Positions 17,928-27,065 of a stretch of DNA of 64,000 bases are shown here, in pieces; position 1 is the first letter of the stretch; each line of letters starts with the position of its first letter. The notes beneath the pieces are model-generated. The model saw only the letters and a program-made list of their open reading frames with translations. It searched no databases and was not told where the DNA came from. The stretch is from an uncultured Chloroflexia bacterium (GTDB taxonomy: Bacteria > Chloroflexota > Limnocylindria > Limnocylindrales > CSP1-4): assembly GCA_963828165.1 (NCBI GenBank), contig CAWHDR010000001.1, forward strand, positions 1,472,001 to 1,536,000, given 5' to 3'. The position numbers and the translations under genes were made by a program.

Positions 17928-18602
17928 GTGGACGGCCTCTGGCTCTCGTTCTCATTGGGTGTCGCGAGCGCAGCGAGCCCGTGCCTGTTGCCGCTCTACC
18001 CGAGCTTCCTCGCGTATCTCGCGGCGAACGCGGGCGCCCTTTCGGGCCGACGCGGCACCGGCCTGCTCGGATTCCTCATCCTCGGCGGCGTCCTCACGAC
18101 GATGCTCGGGGTTGCCGTTGTACTCGTGGCTGTTTCGGTCCCGATCGGGTCCCTGCTCGGCTATGCGATCCCACTGGTCGATTCGCTCCTGATCGTTCTG
18201 GGGCTGCTGCTCCTTGCCGGGCGGAACCCGTTCGAGCGACTTCCCGGCGCCCGCGTCCCGATCGTCGGCAACCCCTTTGGCCAGGCGTACCTCTACGGCG
18301 TGATGCTCGGTCCGCTCGCGCTACCGTGTGCCGGCGCATTCGCGCTCTCGCTCATCGCGTATTCGGTCGGGCTCGCCGAAACCCTGCCGCGGATCGGGAC
18401 GTTCATCGCCTACGGCCTCGGGTTCGGGCTGCCGCTCGTGGTGCTGTCGCTGATCGCCGGTACGAGCCGCGAGCGACTGGTGCGGTTCGTGGTCAGGCAC
18501 CACCGTCCCATCGAGGTCGCCGGCGGCGCGCTGCTCGTCGCGGTCGGTGCGTGGGACTTCGCGACGAACCTGGAAAGCATCCGGCTCACGTTCGGCATTT
18601 GA
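17928..18602 (+). CDS. ccdA: CcdA/DsbD transmembrane-domain disulfide transporter
   Basis: SPCLLPLYP and LPCAG Cys motifs, YGLGFGLP, about 6 TM segments. Confidence 0.85.
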   Translation: MDGLWLSFSLGVASAASPCLLPLYPSFLAYLAANAGALSGRRGTGLLGFLILGGVLTTMLGVAVVLVAVSVPIGSLLGYAIPLVDSLLIVLGLLLLAGRNPFERLPGARVPIVGNPFGQAYLYGVMLGPLALPCAGAFALSLIAYSVGLAETLPRIGTFIAYGLGFGLPLVVLSLIAGTSRERLVRFVVRHHRPIEVAGGALLVAVGAWDFATNLESIRLTFGI

Positions 18603-18762
18603 GCTCGCCAGTCCGCGGCTTTGACTTCACGGCCACGTCCCGGCGATCGAGGCGGAGGCCGCCGGCGATGACGAGCACGACGCTAGCGACCGCCAGGATA
18701 TCCAGGCGTCGCTGCCCGCTCTCCGCCTGCCAGGGAGCCTCGCCGACGATTGCCTGAGCCCC

Positions 18763-20139
18763 CTAAGGGGTGGGGCAGATCCACGGGTCGCCGCAGAACG
18801 CCGCACTCCCGCCGACGATGGTCGCCGCGACGGTCATGGCCCGGATCTCGTCTGGGGAGGCGGTGGTGACGTCGCCACTCAGGATCGTGACGTCGCCGAG
18901 CGTGCCAGGTGCGAGGTGGCCCCGCCGAGCGTCGTCGCCCAGCATCCACGCCGCATCGAGCGTGACGCTCCGCAACGCCTGCTCGGCGGTCAGCAGCTGG
19001 TCCCGCAGCCACGATGGGGTCTCGGGCTGCGATCGCAGGCGCCCGTCAATCCCCGCGGCGGTGTGCTCCACAGGGCGCCCGAGTTCATCGGTCAGCTTGA
19101 GGTCCGGAAACGTCCACGGCGCATCGGTCGCCGAGGCGACGTGGAGCCCTGCGTCCACGAAGTCGCGCCAGCGGGCGAACTGGTCGGCCGCCTCGCCGGG
19201 GTCGTCGCGGTCGAACTCGGCGATGACGCGCGGGTCGAGGATCCAATCGGACGCTCCGTCGAGGTGGATCACGGCCCCGATGTCCATGGCCACCAGGCGG
19301 GCCAGCTGGTCGTCGGTCACCTGCATCGCGTGCTCGACCCGATGGTGGAGCCGATTCGGCCCGGTCGGGCCGATCGCCGCCTCGAAGGCGTCGAGGACCA
19401 GCTCCTGAGCGGCCGCGCTCATGGCATGGGCCGAGACCTGCCAGCCCGCGGCGTCCGCCCGGCTGATGGCGGCGGTGAGGTCCGCCGGCCCCCAGTTGAT
19501 GACCTTGCCCAACCCGTCGTCCAGATGGAGCTTCAGCCCCTGGACCCGGAGGCGGTCATCGACGGGGCCAGGCTCGCGGTCCGTGTACCAGTCCCCGAAG
19601 AACTCGCGGTCGTAGTTCAGCGCCAGGTAGGCGTCGACACGAAGCGGCAGGGCGTCGTCGGCGGCCAGTCGGGTTAGCTCATCAATCCGCTCCTGGTTCA
19701 CCCACTGTTCGGAGATCGAGGTCCATCCGCGGCGGACGACCGCGTCGATGGCCGCCTCCGCGGTGTCGATGCCGTAGTAGTCGCGATCTCCGATCCAGTG
19801 GGCATGGGCGTCGATGAACCCGGGGTACCCGACGCTGTCGCCGATGTCGACGACGGGGATGCCGTCGCCGGCGGCTGCCAGGACATCGTCCGGGGTGCCG
19901 ACCGAGACGACCATGCCGTCCTCGATGAAGACGGCCTCCGCGATCGGCGGATCGTCCATCGTGATGATCCGTCCGACAAGGACAAGGCTGCCGCTGTCGG
20001 GCGCGATGGGGATTCCGGCATCGGACGGCGCGGCGGCGGATCCACTCGGCGGCAATGGGGCGGTGGCGTTCGGCGAGCAGGCGACGAGCGCGCAGAGACC
20101 GGCCAAGCTGATGGCGCGAATCAGGCGTTCGGCGATCAT
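18763..20139 (-). CDS. Metal-dependent amidohydrolase family lipoprotein (YtcJ-like)
   Basis: LVAC lipobox, PGFIDAHAH, HAM, HRVEH, ATDAP, GHLAPG. Confidence 0.85.
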   Translation of the reverse strand: MIAERLIRAISLAGLCALVACSPNATAPLPPSGSAAAPSDAGIPIAPDSGSLVLVGRIITMDDPPIAEAVFIEDGMVVSVGTPDDVLAAAGDGIPVVDIGDSVGYPGFIDAHAHWIGDRDYYGIDTAEAAIDAVVRRGWTSISEQWVNQERIDELTRLAADDALPLRVDAYLALNYDREFFGDWYTDREPGPVDDRLRVQGLKLHLDDGLGKVINWGPADLTAAISRADAAGWQVSAHAMSAAAQELVLDAFEAAIGPTGPNRLHHRVEHAMQVTDDQLARLVAMDIGAVIHLDGASDWILDPRVIAEFDRDDPGEAADQFARWRDFVDAGLHVASATDAPWTFPDLKLTDELGRPVEHTAAGIDGRLRSQPETPSWLRDQLLTAEQALRSVTLDAAWMLGDDARRGHLAPGTLGDVTILSGDVTTASPDEIRAMTVAATIVGGSAAFCGDPWICPTP

Positions 20140-20376
20140 GGCGCGCCTCCTGGTCGGTTCAGCGTTTCGAGCAGGGTGTCCTCGGCGGCCGCGGCATCCG
20201 CGGAGCTGAGGTATTCGACGTTCGGGTCCCCGTCGACCGGCGGGTGAACCCCGGCCTCTGGGCCCTCGGCCTCGAGCGCCGGTCTTGTCCCATCTTCGTG
20301 ACAGCGAGAGCGGGCGGCCGTCGAGGCCGCCCGCTCAGCGGATCCGATCAGGCACTCGCCGGTGGCGAGGGACAAG

Positions 20377-21216
20377 CTACGGGGAGGGCGACGGACTTCG
20401 GTCGACGGCGTCCTCCGGATGCAGTTGCATGGTGGCAAGGACCTCCTCGAACCACGCCCTGTCGAATGGAGCGACGGCTGCTGGATCGTCCTGGGACACG
20501 CGAAGCGAGATCCAGTAGCCGCGGCCGGCGGTTGTGACGACCGCGAGGAGGTCGCAACCCTCGGACCCGATCAGTCCGGACGCCTCGCCCACCATGATCG
20601 GCTCGGTTGCCGTGCATTCCGGCGATTCCGCCATCTGCTCCGCGATCCAATCCTCCGGCGTGGAGTCCCCGATCGGCTGTGAGGTGATGGTCAGGAACAG
20701 ATGGTCCGTCAGGGTCGGGTGGGACAGGTGGTCGGCGTGGGGTTCGGTAATGGGATGGGTGGACGGGCCATCCGTCCAGGGCTCGGTTGCCGCTTCAGCG
20801 GTCCAGCCCTCGGGGTGCGCCACGGAGAATCCGTGCAGCGTCGAGGTGAATTGCTGGGTCAGTGGCGGAGCGGCAATTGGCGACGGGGATGGGTCGGAGG
20901 TGGCGGTCGGCGCAGGCGTGAGCGACGGCGATGCCGAAGGGGCGCCACCGACGCCGTCGGTCGCGGGCGGACCGAGCACCTGGGCACCGATGACGAGGGC
21001 CGCGACCACGGCAGCGGCGCCGAGGCCAAGGGAGACGATCTTGTTCATGAAGGGGAACCTCCGCGCCAGCCACCATGGGCTTCGGCGCTGTGGGGTCGTG
21101 TGCAGCAGGTCAAGGACCGTGCCCGCAACGCGGGAGACGTCTTCGTGACGGTCCTCGCGAAGCCACGACCGGATGACGCGGTCGACGTTCCGATCGGAAG
21201 ATCCACGTTCGTTCAT
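20377..21216 (-). CDS. Probable membrane-anchored anti-sigma factor
   Basis: Overlaps ECF sigma stop; short cytoplasmic N-domain, one TM, Pro/Ser linker, extracellular domain with two Cys. Confidence 0.7.
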   Translation of the reverse strand: MNERGSSDRNVDRVIRSWLREDRHEDVSRVAGTVLDLLHTTPQRRSPWWLARRFPFMNKIVSLGLGAAAVVAALVIGAQVLGPPATDGVGGAPSASPSLTPAPTATSDPSPSPIAAPPLTQQFTSTLHGFSVAHPEGWTAEAATEPWTDGPSTHPITEPHADHLSHPTLTDHLFLTITSQPIGDSTPEDWIAEQMAESPECTATEPIMVGEASGLIGSEGCDLLAVVTTAGRGYWISLRVSQDDPAAVAPFDRAWFEEVLATMQLHPEDAVDRSPSPSP

Positions 21217-21761
21217 CGAACCCCCTCCCGGGCCGTCGGCTGCGCGTCGTCGACGAGCGCGGTGCGCAGCTGCCGCGTGGCGTAATGCAGTCTCGAGCCC
21301 ACCGTCCCGAGCGGCGCGCCGACGATGTCGGCGATCCGGTCGAGCGGCAGGTCCAGATAGTGGTGCAGCACCACCACCGTCCGATGGTCCGTGGAGAGAC
21401 GCCGAAACGCGCGCTCGAGCTCGTCGCGATCGACGACCGCACCCGTGCCATCAACCACCATCGGTTCGTCGACCGCCAGCAGCCGCACGTTCGGCGCCCA
21501 GCGGCGCGACTTCCGGCCCTCGGCGTAGCAGGCGCGCACGAGGAGCCGGTACGACCAGGCCTCGAAGCGGGCCGGGTCGCGGAGCTGGGGCAGGTCCTGC
21601 CAGATGCTGAGCAGCGCCTGCTGCGTGGCATCCTCGGCAAGCGAGATGTCGCTCAGGATCCGGTGCGACACCGCCAGGAACCGATCCGCGATGGCATAGA
21701 CCAGGTCGGCAAATGCCTCCTGGTCGCCGCCCTGTGCACGTACCACGAGATCGGTGTCCAT
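21213..21761 (-). CDS. ECF RNA polymerase sigma factor
   Basis: DLVVRAQGGDQEAF, AEDATQ, FEAWSYR, region 4 GTVGSRLHYA. Confidence 0.92.
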   Translation of the reverse strand: MDTDLVVRAQGGDQEAFADLVYAIADRFLAVSHRILSDISLAEDATQQALLSIWQDLPQLRDPARFEAWSYRLLVRACYAEGRKSRRWAPNVRLLAVDEPMVVDGTGAVVDRDELERAFRRLSTDHRTVVVLHHYLDLPLDRIADIVGAPLGTVGSRLHYATRQLRTALVDDAQPTAREGVR

Positions 21762-22192
21762 GGCCCTTCCCGGGTGCGGCGACGGGTACCTCCCGACGCT
21801 ACATACGGTATGGGTGCCCGAGGGTCGCGTTTTTTTCAGTTGGGCTCGAAGCGGCCCCGGGTCGCGCATGTTCGGAAGCTGCCGCCACGCGCCGGACGCC
21901 GTTCTTTCGTGAGCGAGCGCGAGCGCGTGGGGGGCCCGGTCGGCCGCCACAAATGTCGTTCACTGGCCGCGCACTCCCGTTCACATGGACCTGCTGTGTG
22001 GACAGCAGGTCTTGAGGAGCATCTACGACGGGGCATCCGCCTCGCTGCTTGGGCCAGGGCCGCTCGTGAATCGCCACGTTGCGCCGGAGAACCCGTCCAG
22101 TTAGCAGGTCTTCGTCAGTTAGCAGGGATTCGCCAGCCGGGAGGACCGAGCTAACTCCGGACAGGTGCCCTTAGTAGGCACGAAAAAGGGAG

Positions 22193-22267
22193 TGGAGCCG
22201 ACACTCGGATTTGAACCGAGGACCTGCTGTTTACGAAACAGCTGCTCTACCGCTGAGCTATGTCGGC
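22193..22267 (-). tRNA. tRNA-Thr(CGT)
   Basis: GCCGACATAGCTCAGCGGTAGAGCAGCTGTTTCGTAAACAGCAGGTCCTCGGTTCAAATCCGAGTGTCGGCTCCA folds into a cloverleaf, anticodon CGT, encoded CCA. Confidence 0.97.
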
Positions 22268-22275
22268 GCCGCACG

Positions 22276-22281
22276 AGTATA
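22276..22281 (-). promoter_or_regulatory. -10 box of the tRNA promoter
   Basis: TATACT 8 nt upstream of tRNA 5' end. Confidence 0.5.
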
Positions 22282-22557
22282 GGCGACGCTCGATAGACAT
22301 CTGCTGAACGTGATACCAGCGCTCGCGCAAATCGTGCGTAGACCGGTGGCACAGCGCTGGTACAGCTGCGCGTTGCGCGGCGGCTGGTCGCCCCAGGCCA
22401 CCGGACTCGAACGGCGGCGCGCCGCTGCCGTTCAGATCAACGACGACGCAATTTGCCACGTTCTTGCAACCAACCTGTGACGCCAGCCGGACGACGCCAT
22501 CGTCGGCCGTTAGCCCTCCCGTGCGACCGTTCGAGGTCGAACAAGGAGGTGGCTCCC

Positions 22558-22728
22558 ATGCCCCAGAAGGAACATCTTCCGAGCGTGAGCTCCAAAGAGC
22601 AGCGCATGTACGAACACATCAAAGCCAGCGAGCGCAAGGACGGCCGCTCGCTGAAGCGCGCGAAGGCGATCGCCGCGGCGACTGTGGTCAAGCACCACAA
22701 CGAGGAGCGTCACCCGAAGTCGAAGTAG
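22558..22728 (+). CDS. Small basic protein, 56 aa (YEHIKxS...AxxIAAATV type)
   Basis: Strong AAGGAGG SD; helical basic sequence. Confidence 0.75.
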   Translation: MPQKEHLPSVSSKEQRMYEHIKASERKDGRSLKRAKAIAAATVVKHHNEERHPKSK

Positions 22729-22918
22729 GCCACAGATCCATCGACTGGAGGATGACGATGCCAGCGACGATCGAGCAAATGACGAGCTCGACTCTGATCG
22801 ACGCTCTCCCATCGACCGCGCCTGGAGAGCCATCGCCCACACCCACTGGAGCGATGTTTCCGGCAGGCCGGACGCACCCGGCAACTACCAGCAACTCGAG
22901 CGCTAGGGCGTCCGTTCG

Positions 22919-23311
22919 ATGATAAGTCTTCGACGTCTGCTCGTGCTCGAGGCCGTCGCCTTCGCGATCGCTTCGATCGTCCATTCGGGCGTCCTCACAA
23001 AGGTTTCGGTGGATCCCGGCGCCAACATCGCGGAGGGCGTGATCGCCGCCGTCCTGGCGGTGGCCGCTGTCGTGTCCTGGCTCCGACCGGCATGGACTCG
23101 CATCGCGGCCGGCCTGGCGCAGGGCTTCGGCCTGGCCGGATCGTTGATCGGCACATACCTGGCCTTCCGGGGCCTTGGTCCGAGCACGGTGCCGGACCTG
23201 ATCTTCCACGTCGCGGTCGTAGTCACGCTTGCGACAGGCCTCGCGGCGGCCATCCGGGGGCCGGGCGGAGGACCTTCCCCGCAGCAAGCGCGAAGCGCAT
23301 GGCAACGGTGA
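22919..23311 (+). CDS. Four-TM membrane protein
   Basis: Four hydrophobic segments; overlaps next gene. Confidence 0.6.
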   Translation: MISLRRLLVLEAVAFAIASIVHSGVLTKVSVDPGANIAEGVIAAVLAVAAVVSWLRPAWTRIAAGLAQGFGLAGSLIGTYLAFRGLGPSTVPDLIFHVAVVVTLATGLAAAIRGPGGGPSPQQARSAWQR

Positions 23312-23832
23312 TGGACCCGAACGTCGTGGACCAGAAGAACCTGGATATCTACGGGCACGAGCCGATCCCGTGGTCGCGACCGCTCGCCGAGCTCGAGAAG
23401 CTCGTGACCGGTCCGGGCTCGAGCGCCTGGATCGCAACGACCCGCCCCGATGGGCGTCCACATGTTGCCGGGGTCGGTGCCGTCTGGCACGACGGCAGGT
23501 TCTATGTCGTGAGCGGGCCTGGCACGCGCAAGAGCCGGAACCTCGCCGAGAACCCCAACTGCGTGATCTCGGTCGGCCTCCCGGGGATCGACCTCGTCGT
23601 CGAGGGCACGGTCGAGCGCGTCACCGATGCGGCCAAACTCCAGCGCGTCGCCGACGAGTACAACGCCCAAGGTTGGGATCCCAAGGTGAAGGACGGCGCG
23701 TTCACCGCCCCATACAGCGCGCCGAGCGCGGGGCCGCCCCCGTGGGACCTGTACGAAATCACCCCGACGACCGCGTTCGGCGTGGCCACTGACGACCCGC
23801 AAGGCGCGACCCGCTGGCGCTTCAAGGACTGA
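23299..23832 (+). CDS. Pyridoxamine 5'-phosphate oxidase-like split-barrel protein
   Basis: WIATTRPDGRPH, TRKSRNLAENP, VVEGT. Confidence 0.88.
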   Translation: MATVMDPNVVDQKNLDIYGHEPIPWSRPLAELEKLVTGPGSSAWIATTRPDGRPHVAGVGAVWHDGRFYVVSGPGTRKSRNLAENPNCVISVGLPGIDLVVEGTVERVTDAAKLQRVADEYNAQGWDPKVKDGAFTAPYSAPSAGPPPWDLYEITPTTAFGVATDDPQGATRWRFKD

Positions 23833-23881
23833 GCGGCGCGACGCCCTGGAGCCACGCCCTCGAAGGGAAGGTGATTCAGCG

Positions 23882-23995
23882 CCCGGCATCTACGCCGCGG
23901 AAGACGTGTGACAGCGCTCGATGAAGCGCGTGACTGCCGCAGTCGGCGAAGGTGCCACGACCCTCCGCCAGATCCACGAGTCCCTCAGCGAGTCG
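23882..23995 (+). pseudogene. C-terminal remnant of a thioredoxin reductase-like flavoprotein
   Basis: PGIYAAEDV*QRSMKRVTAAVGEGATTLRQIHESL versus family PGxFAAGDVR.xSxKRVASAVGEG; in-frame TGA at 23909. Confidence 0.7.
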
Positions 23996-24176
23996 GAGCC
24001 AGCAGCTGTAGCAGGCGCTCGGTAGAACGCCCCTGGTCCGGCGAGGTCCTTTCTCGCCGGCCTACGATGGCGGTCGGTCGCCACTGTGTAGGCGCCCGTT
24101 GCGACGCTGGTTCGCAGGGTCCGTCGTATGGTTCGCGTGTCCGCTGCGGACTCGTACGAGATCGAGGACAGCGTCT

Positions 24177-25142
24177 ATGAACGTGCCCACCACCCACTCG
24201 AGGATGTGGCGCGTTCTTGTGCTCGCCACGGCCGGTCTGCTTGGCCTGTCCGCTTGTACCGGAGGTGCGGTCGCGACCATGCTGGTCGCCTCGCCGTCGG
24301 CGCCGGCCGCTCCTGCGTCGGCTCCTGCCGCTGTCACCTCAGACCCTGCCGGGTCTGCCTCGGCATCGGCCGCGTCCGGCTCCGTGCCAGTTCCGCTGGA
24401 CGTCCTCGTCAACGGGATGAGGATCAAGGGCAGATGCTTTGGCGAGCGGCCGCCCGGTGCGCCGGCCGTCGTGCTATCCCATGGGATCGGTGGCGATCAC
24501 ACCGAGATGCAGGTGGTGGAAGACCATCTCCGGGGACGGACGATGGTGTGCGGCTATTCGCGGGCGGGTGTCGGCGATAGTGATCCGCCGGCGAGATCGC
24601 CGCGGCCGATCGCCGACGTCGTCGCGGAGATGCACGGCGTGCTGACCGAGGCGGCGATCCCACCGCCGTACTTCCTGGTCGGGTTCTCCGGCGGCGGGGC
24701 TCTGGTGATGATGTACGCGGAGGCACACCCGGACGACGTCGTCGGGTTCGTGTCGATCAACCCGGTTCCGTCGTACGACCACTGGATCGACCTGGCCCGA
24801 GAGGTGTGGACGCCCGAAGAGCTCCAGGCCAACGAGATCGACTGGTATGAAGGCGGAAACCTGGAGAAGATCGACATGACGGGCAACGCCAGCATGCTGG
24901 AGGATCCCCTTCCGCCCGACATGCCATACGCCGTGATGTTCGACGAGGATTGCGGCGGCGACACGGCATTCTGTGACCGGATCTTCGAGCCGCTCTCAGA
25001 GACGACCAAGGCACTCGCGCAACATGGCGAGGGCGGCCGGTTCGAGTGGGTCAAGGGAGCGGGCCACGACATCGACCTCAAGGAGCCCGAACGCGTTCGC
25101 GCTACCCTCGACGAGATCTGGGACGAGGCCACGCGGCCCTGA
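24177..25142 (+). CDS. Alpha/beta hydrolase lipoprotein
   Basis: LSAC lipobox, HGIGG, YSRAGVGDS, GFSGG nucleophile elbow, GAGH. Confidence 0.85.
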   Translation: MNVPTTHSRMWRVLVLATAGLLGLSACTGGAVATMLVASPSAPAAPASAPAAVTSDPAGSASASAASGSVPVPLDVLVNGMRIKGRCFGERPPGAPAVVLSHGIGGDHTEMQVVEDHLRGRTMVCGYSRAGVGDSDPPARSPRPIADVVAEMHGVLTEAAIPPPYFLVGFSGGGALVMMYAEAHPDDVVGFVSINPVPSYDHWIDLAREVWTPEELQANEIDWYEGGNLEKIDMTGNASMLEDPLPPDMPYAVMFDEDCGGDTAFCDRIFEPLSETTKALAQHGEGGRFEWVKGAGHDIDLKEPERVRATLDEIWDEATRP

Positions 25143-25279
25143 TGACCTGCGACGGGTCGCAGTTCGTCATCGGGCCCGCCCTCCTGCGCCTGGTGCTGAT
25201 GGGCCGGGACCTCGCGCCGACCGACATGGCGAGGATCGTGGAGCGGCCCATCGAGGCGCTCCGACCCGCCGGCCATTGA
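25142..25279 (+). pseudogene. Possible C-terminal remnant of a TetR-family regulator
   Basis: IGPALLRLVLMGRDLAPTDMARIVERPIEAL resembles TetR C-terminal helices; no HTH. Confidence 0.3.
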
Positions 25280-25347
25280 CGACCGCGAAGCGGCGGCCGG
25301 AAGCGCAGCCGGCCGCCGCTGCATGATCGGGCCGCGCCCGAGCGGGC

Positions 25348-25695
25348 CTACTCGGTCAGGCCGACGACGTGGCCCTCGGAGTCGGCGACGAGCGCGAGCT
25401 GGGCCGATCCATCGGGGCTGAACCTGGGCATGATCACCGAGCCGCCGAGCTCGGAAGCGCGGGCCAGCGTGGCGTCGATGTCGGCGACCTTGACATAGCC
25501 GGTGACATGGCCGGCGGAGCCGTCTGGCGTGCCACCGATCCCGACGACGATGCCGGTGTCCTCGTGGTTGGTCATGCCATAGCCGCCGGGGGCGCTGGTG
25601 TCGAGCTTCCAGCCGAACAGGTCGCTCCAGTAGCGCTGCAGGGCCTGCTGATCCTTGCCGACGATCTCGAAGTGGATGACGTTCGGTGCTGTCAT
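25348..25695 (-). CDS. VOC/glyoxalase family protein
   Basis: VIHFEI, YWSDLFGW, VADIDATLARASELGG, DSEGHVVGL. Confidence 0.9.
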   Translation of the reverse strand: MTAPNVIHFEIVGKDQQALQRYWSDLFGWKLDTSAPGGYGMTNHEDTGIVVGIGGTPDGSAGHVTGYVKVADIDATLARASELGGSVIMPRFSPDGSAQLALVADSEGHVVGLTE

Positions 25696-25749
25696 GGTTG
25701 ACCTCCTGTCGGGACAGAGGTCATGCGCCTCTCGGTCCCTTGCCCGGAC

Positions 25750-25776
25750 GACGAACGGGCAACGCCGAAATCGACA
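25750..25776 (-). promoter_or_regulatory. ECF-type promoter TGTCGA-N17-CGTC upstream of VOC gene
   Basis: Minus strand TGTCGAtttcggcgttgcccgttCGTC; resembles the ECF42 consensus as recalled. Confidence 0.5.
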
Positions 25777-25905
25777 TCCCGCGATTCGATCACCGCGAGG
25801 GGTTTCTGAGCAGACGCGGGCGAGGGCGCGAGCGCCGGTATCATTGGGGAAACCTCCCGCCATACGACCGGCCTCGGGCTCGAGGCTGCCAGGAGAGCCC
25901 CACCG

Positions 25906-26961
25906 TTGGACCTGATCGTCCTGTTCATCGCGCTCGTCGTCATCCTGATCGGCGCGGAGCTGTTCACCAACGGGATCGAGTGGTTCGGTCGCTCCCTGAA
26001 CCTGGCGGAAGGAGCGGTCGGCTCCGTGCTCGCCGCGGTCGGCACCGCGCTCCCCGAGACCCTGATCCCGATCATCGCGATCGTCTTCGCGACCGGCGCT
26101 TCGTCCGATGAGATCGGCGTCGGCGCGATCCTCGGGGCCCCGTTCATGCTCTCGACGCTGGCGATGTTCGTGACAGGTGTCGCGATCCTGGCCTTCCGGC
26201 GCCGCCGCGCGACGGGCGGCGAGCTACGCATCGACGCGGGCGTGCTCGCCCACGACATGCGCTACTTCGCGATCGCCTATGGACTCGCCATCGGATCCGC
26301 GTTCCTGCCGCAGGAACCGGCCTGGATCCGCTGGATCGCCGCGGCTGGCCTGATCGGGATCTACGCCTGGTATGTGCGAGGCCACCTGCGTGCCGATGCT
26401 CCCGAGGAGGAAGAGGAGCTCGCCCCGCTGCGGTTCCGGCGCGTCGATGTCCGAGCCCACCGCAACGATCCCGCGATCCCTCGTCTGCGCGCCATCAACC
26501 TGCAGGTGCTGGTCGCCCTCGGCTTCATCATCGTGGGCGCCGTCTTCTTCGTCGACGCGGTCGAGCATCTCGCATCGTCGATCGGCGTCAGCGAGGTGCT
26601 CCTCGCGCTCGTGATCGCGCCCGTGGCGACCGAGCTTCCCGAGAAGTTCAATTCGATCATCTGGGTGCGCCAGAACAAGGACACGCTCGCGATGGGCAAC
26701 ATCACGGGCGCGATGGTCTTCCAGTCGTGCATCCCGACCGTGGTCGGCCTGGTGCTCGCATCGGAAGCGTGGACGATCCGCGAGGGGTCGTACACGGCGT
26801 TCGCATCCGCCGGGATCGCGTTCGCTGCGTCGGCGGCGATCTTCCTGCCCATGGTGCGGCGGGGCGGGCTCCACGGCCGCCACCTACTGATCGGCGGCGT
26901 GTTCTATCTCGCCTATCTCGCCCTGGTGGTCGTGGTCGTGAGCGGCAGCGTACCCGCCTGA
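25906..26961 (+). CDS. Cation/Ca2+ exchanger (CaCA, YrbG-like)
   Basis: Alpha repeats GTALPE and ATELPE, AMGNITGA, about 10 TM. Confidence 0.9.
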   Translation: MDLIVLFIALVVILIGAELFTNGIEWFGRSLNLAEGAVGSVLAAVGTALPETLIPIIAIVFATGASSDEIGVGAILGAPFMLSTLAMFVTGVAILAFRRRRATGGELRIDAGVLAHDMRYFAIAYGLAIGSAFLPQEPAWIRWIAAAGLIGIYAWYVRGHLRADAPEEEEELAPLRFRRVDVRAHRNDPAIPRLRAINLQVLVALGFIIVGAVFFVDAVEHLASSIGVSEVLLALVIAPVATELPEKFNSIIWVRQNKDTLAMGNITGAMVFQSCIPTVVGLVLASEAWTIREGSYTAFASAGIAFAASAAIFLPMVRRGGLHGRHLLIGGVFYLAYLALVVVVVSGSVPA

Positions 26962-27065
26962 TAACGCGCACACACCCGCTGGGCTAACAGCATCACGGCC
27001 GCGGTCCCGTACGAATCGGTCATGGCGTGACGCACACCCGACCTCGGTACGGTGCAGTTCACCGT

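Larger units (their letters stand above)
6245..22237. mobile_element. Putative decayed genomic island integrated at tRNA-Thr(CGT); no integrase retained
   Basis: Bounded by the intact tRNA 3' end and its degenerate direct repeat; cargo-type content. Confidence 0.55.

Noticed and set aside
20136-20290. Cupin-like gene remnant upstream of the amidohydrolase
   Set aside because: Resemblance too weak to support without a search
22090-22165. c-di-AMP (ydaO) riboswitch
   Set aside because: Only a GCTAACTCCG-like fragment resembles it; 5' elements are missing and no gene lies downstream in that orientation
25840-25905. Mn2+ (yybP-ykoY) or Na+ riboswitch before the CaCA transporter
   Set aside because: Two small hairpins exist but the conserved aptamer nucleotides could not be matched; an Rfam scan would settle it
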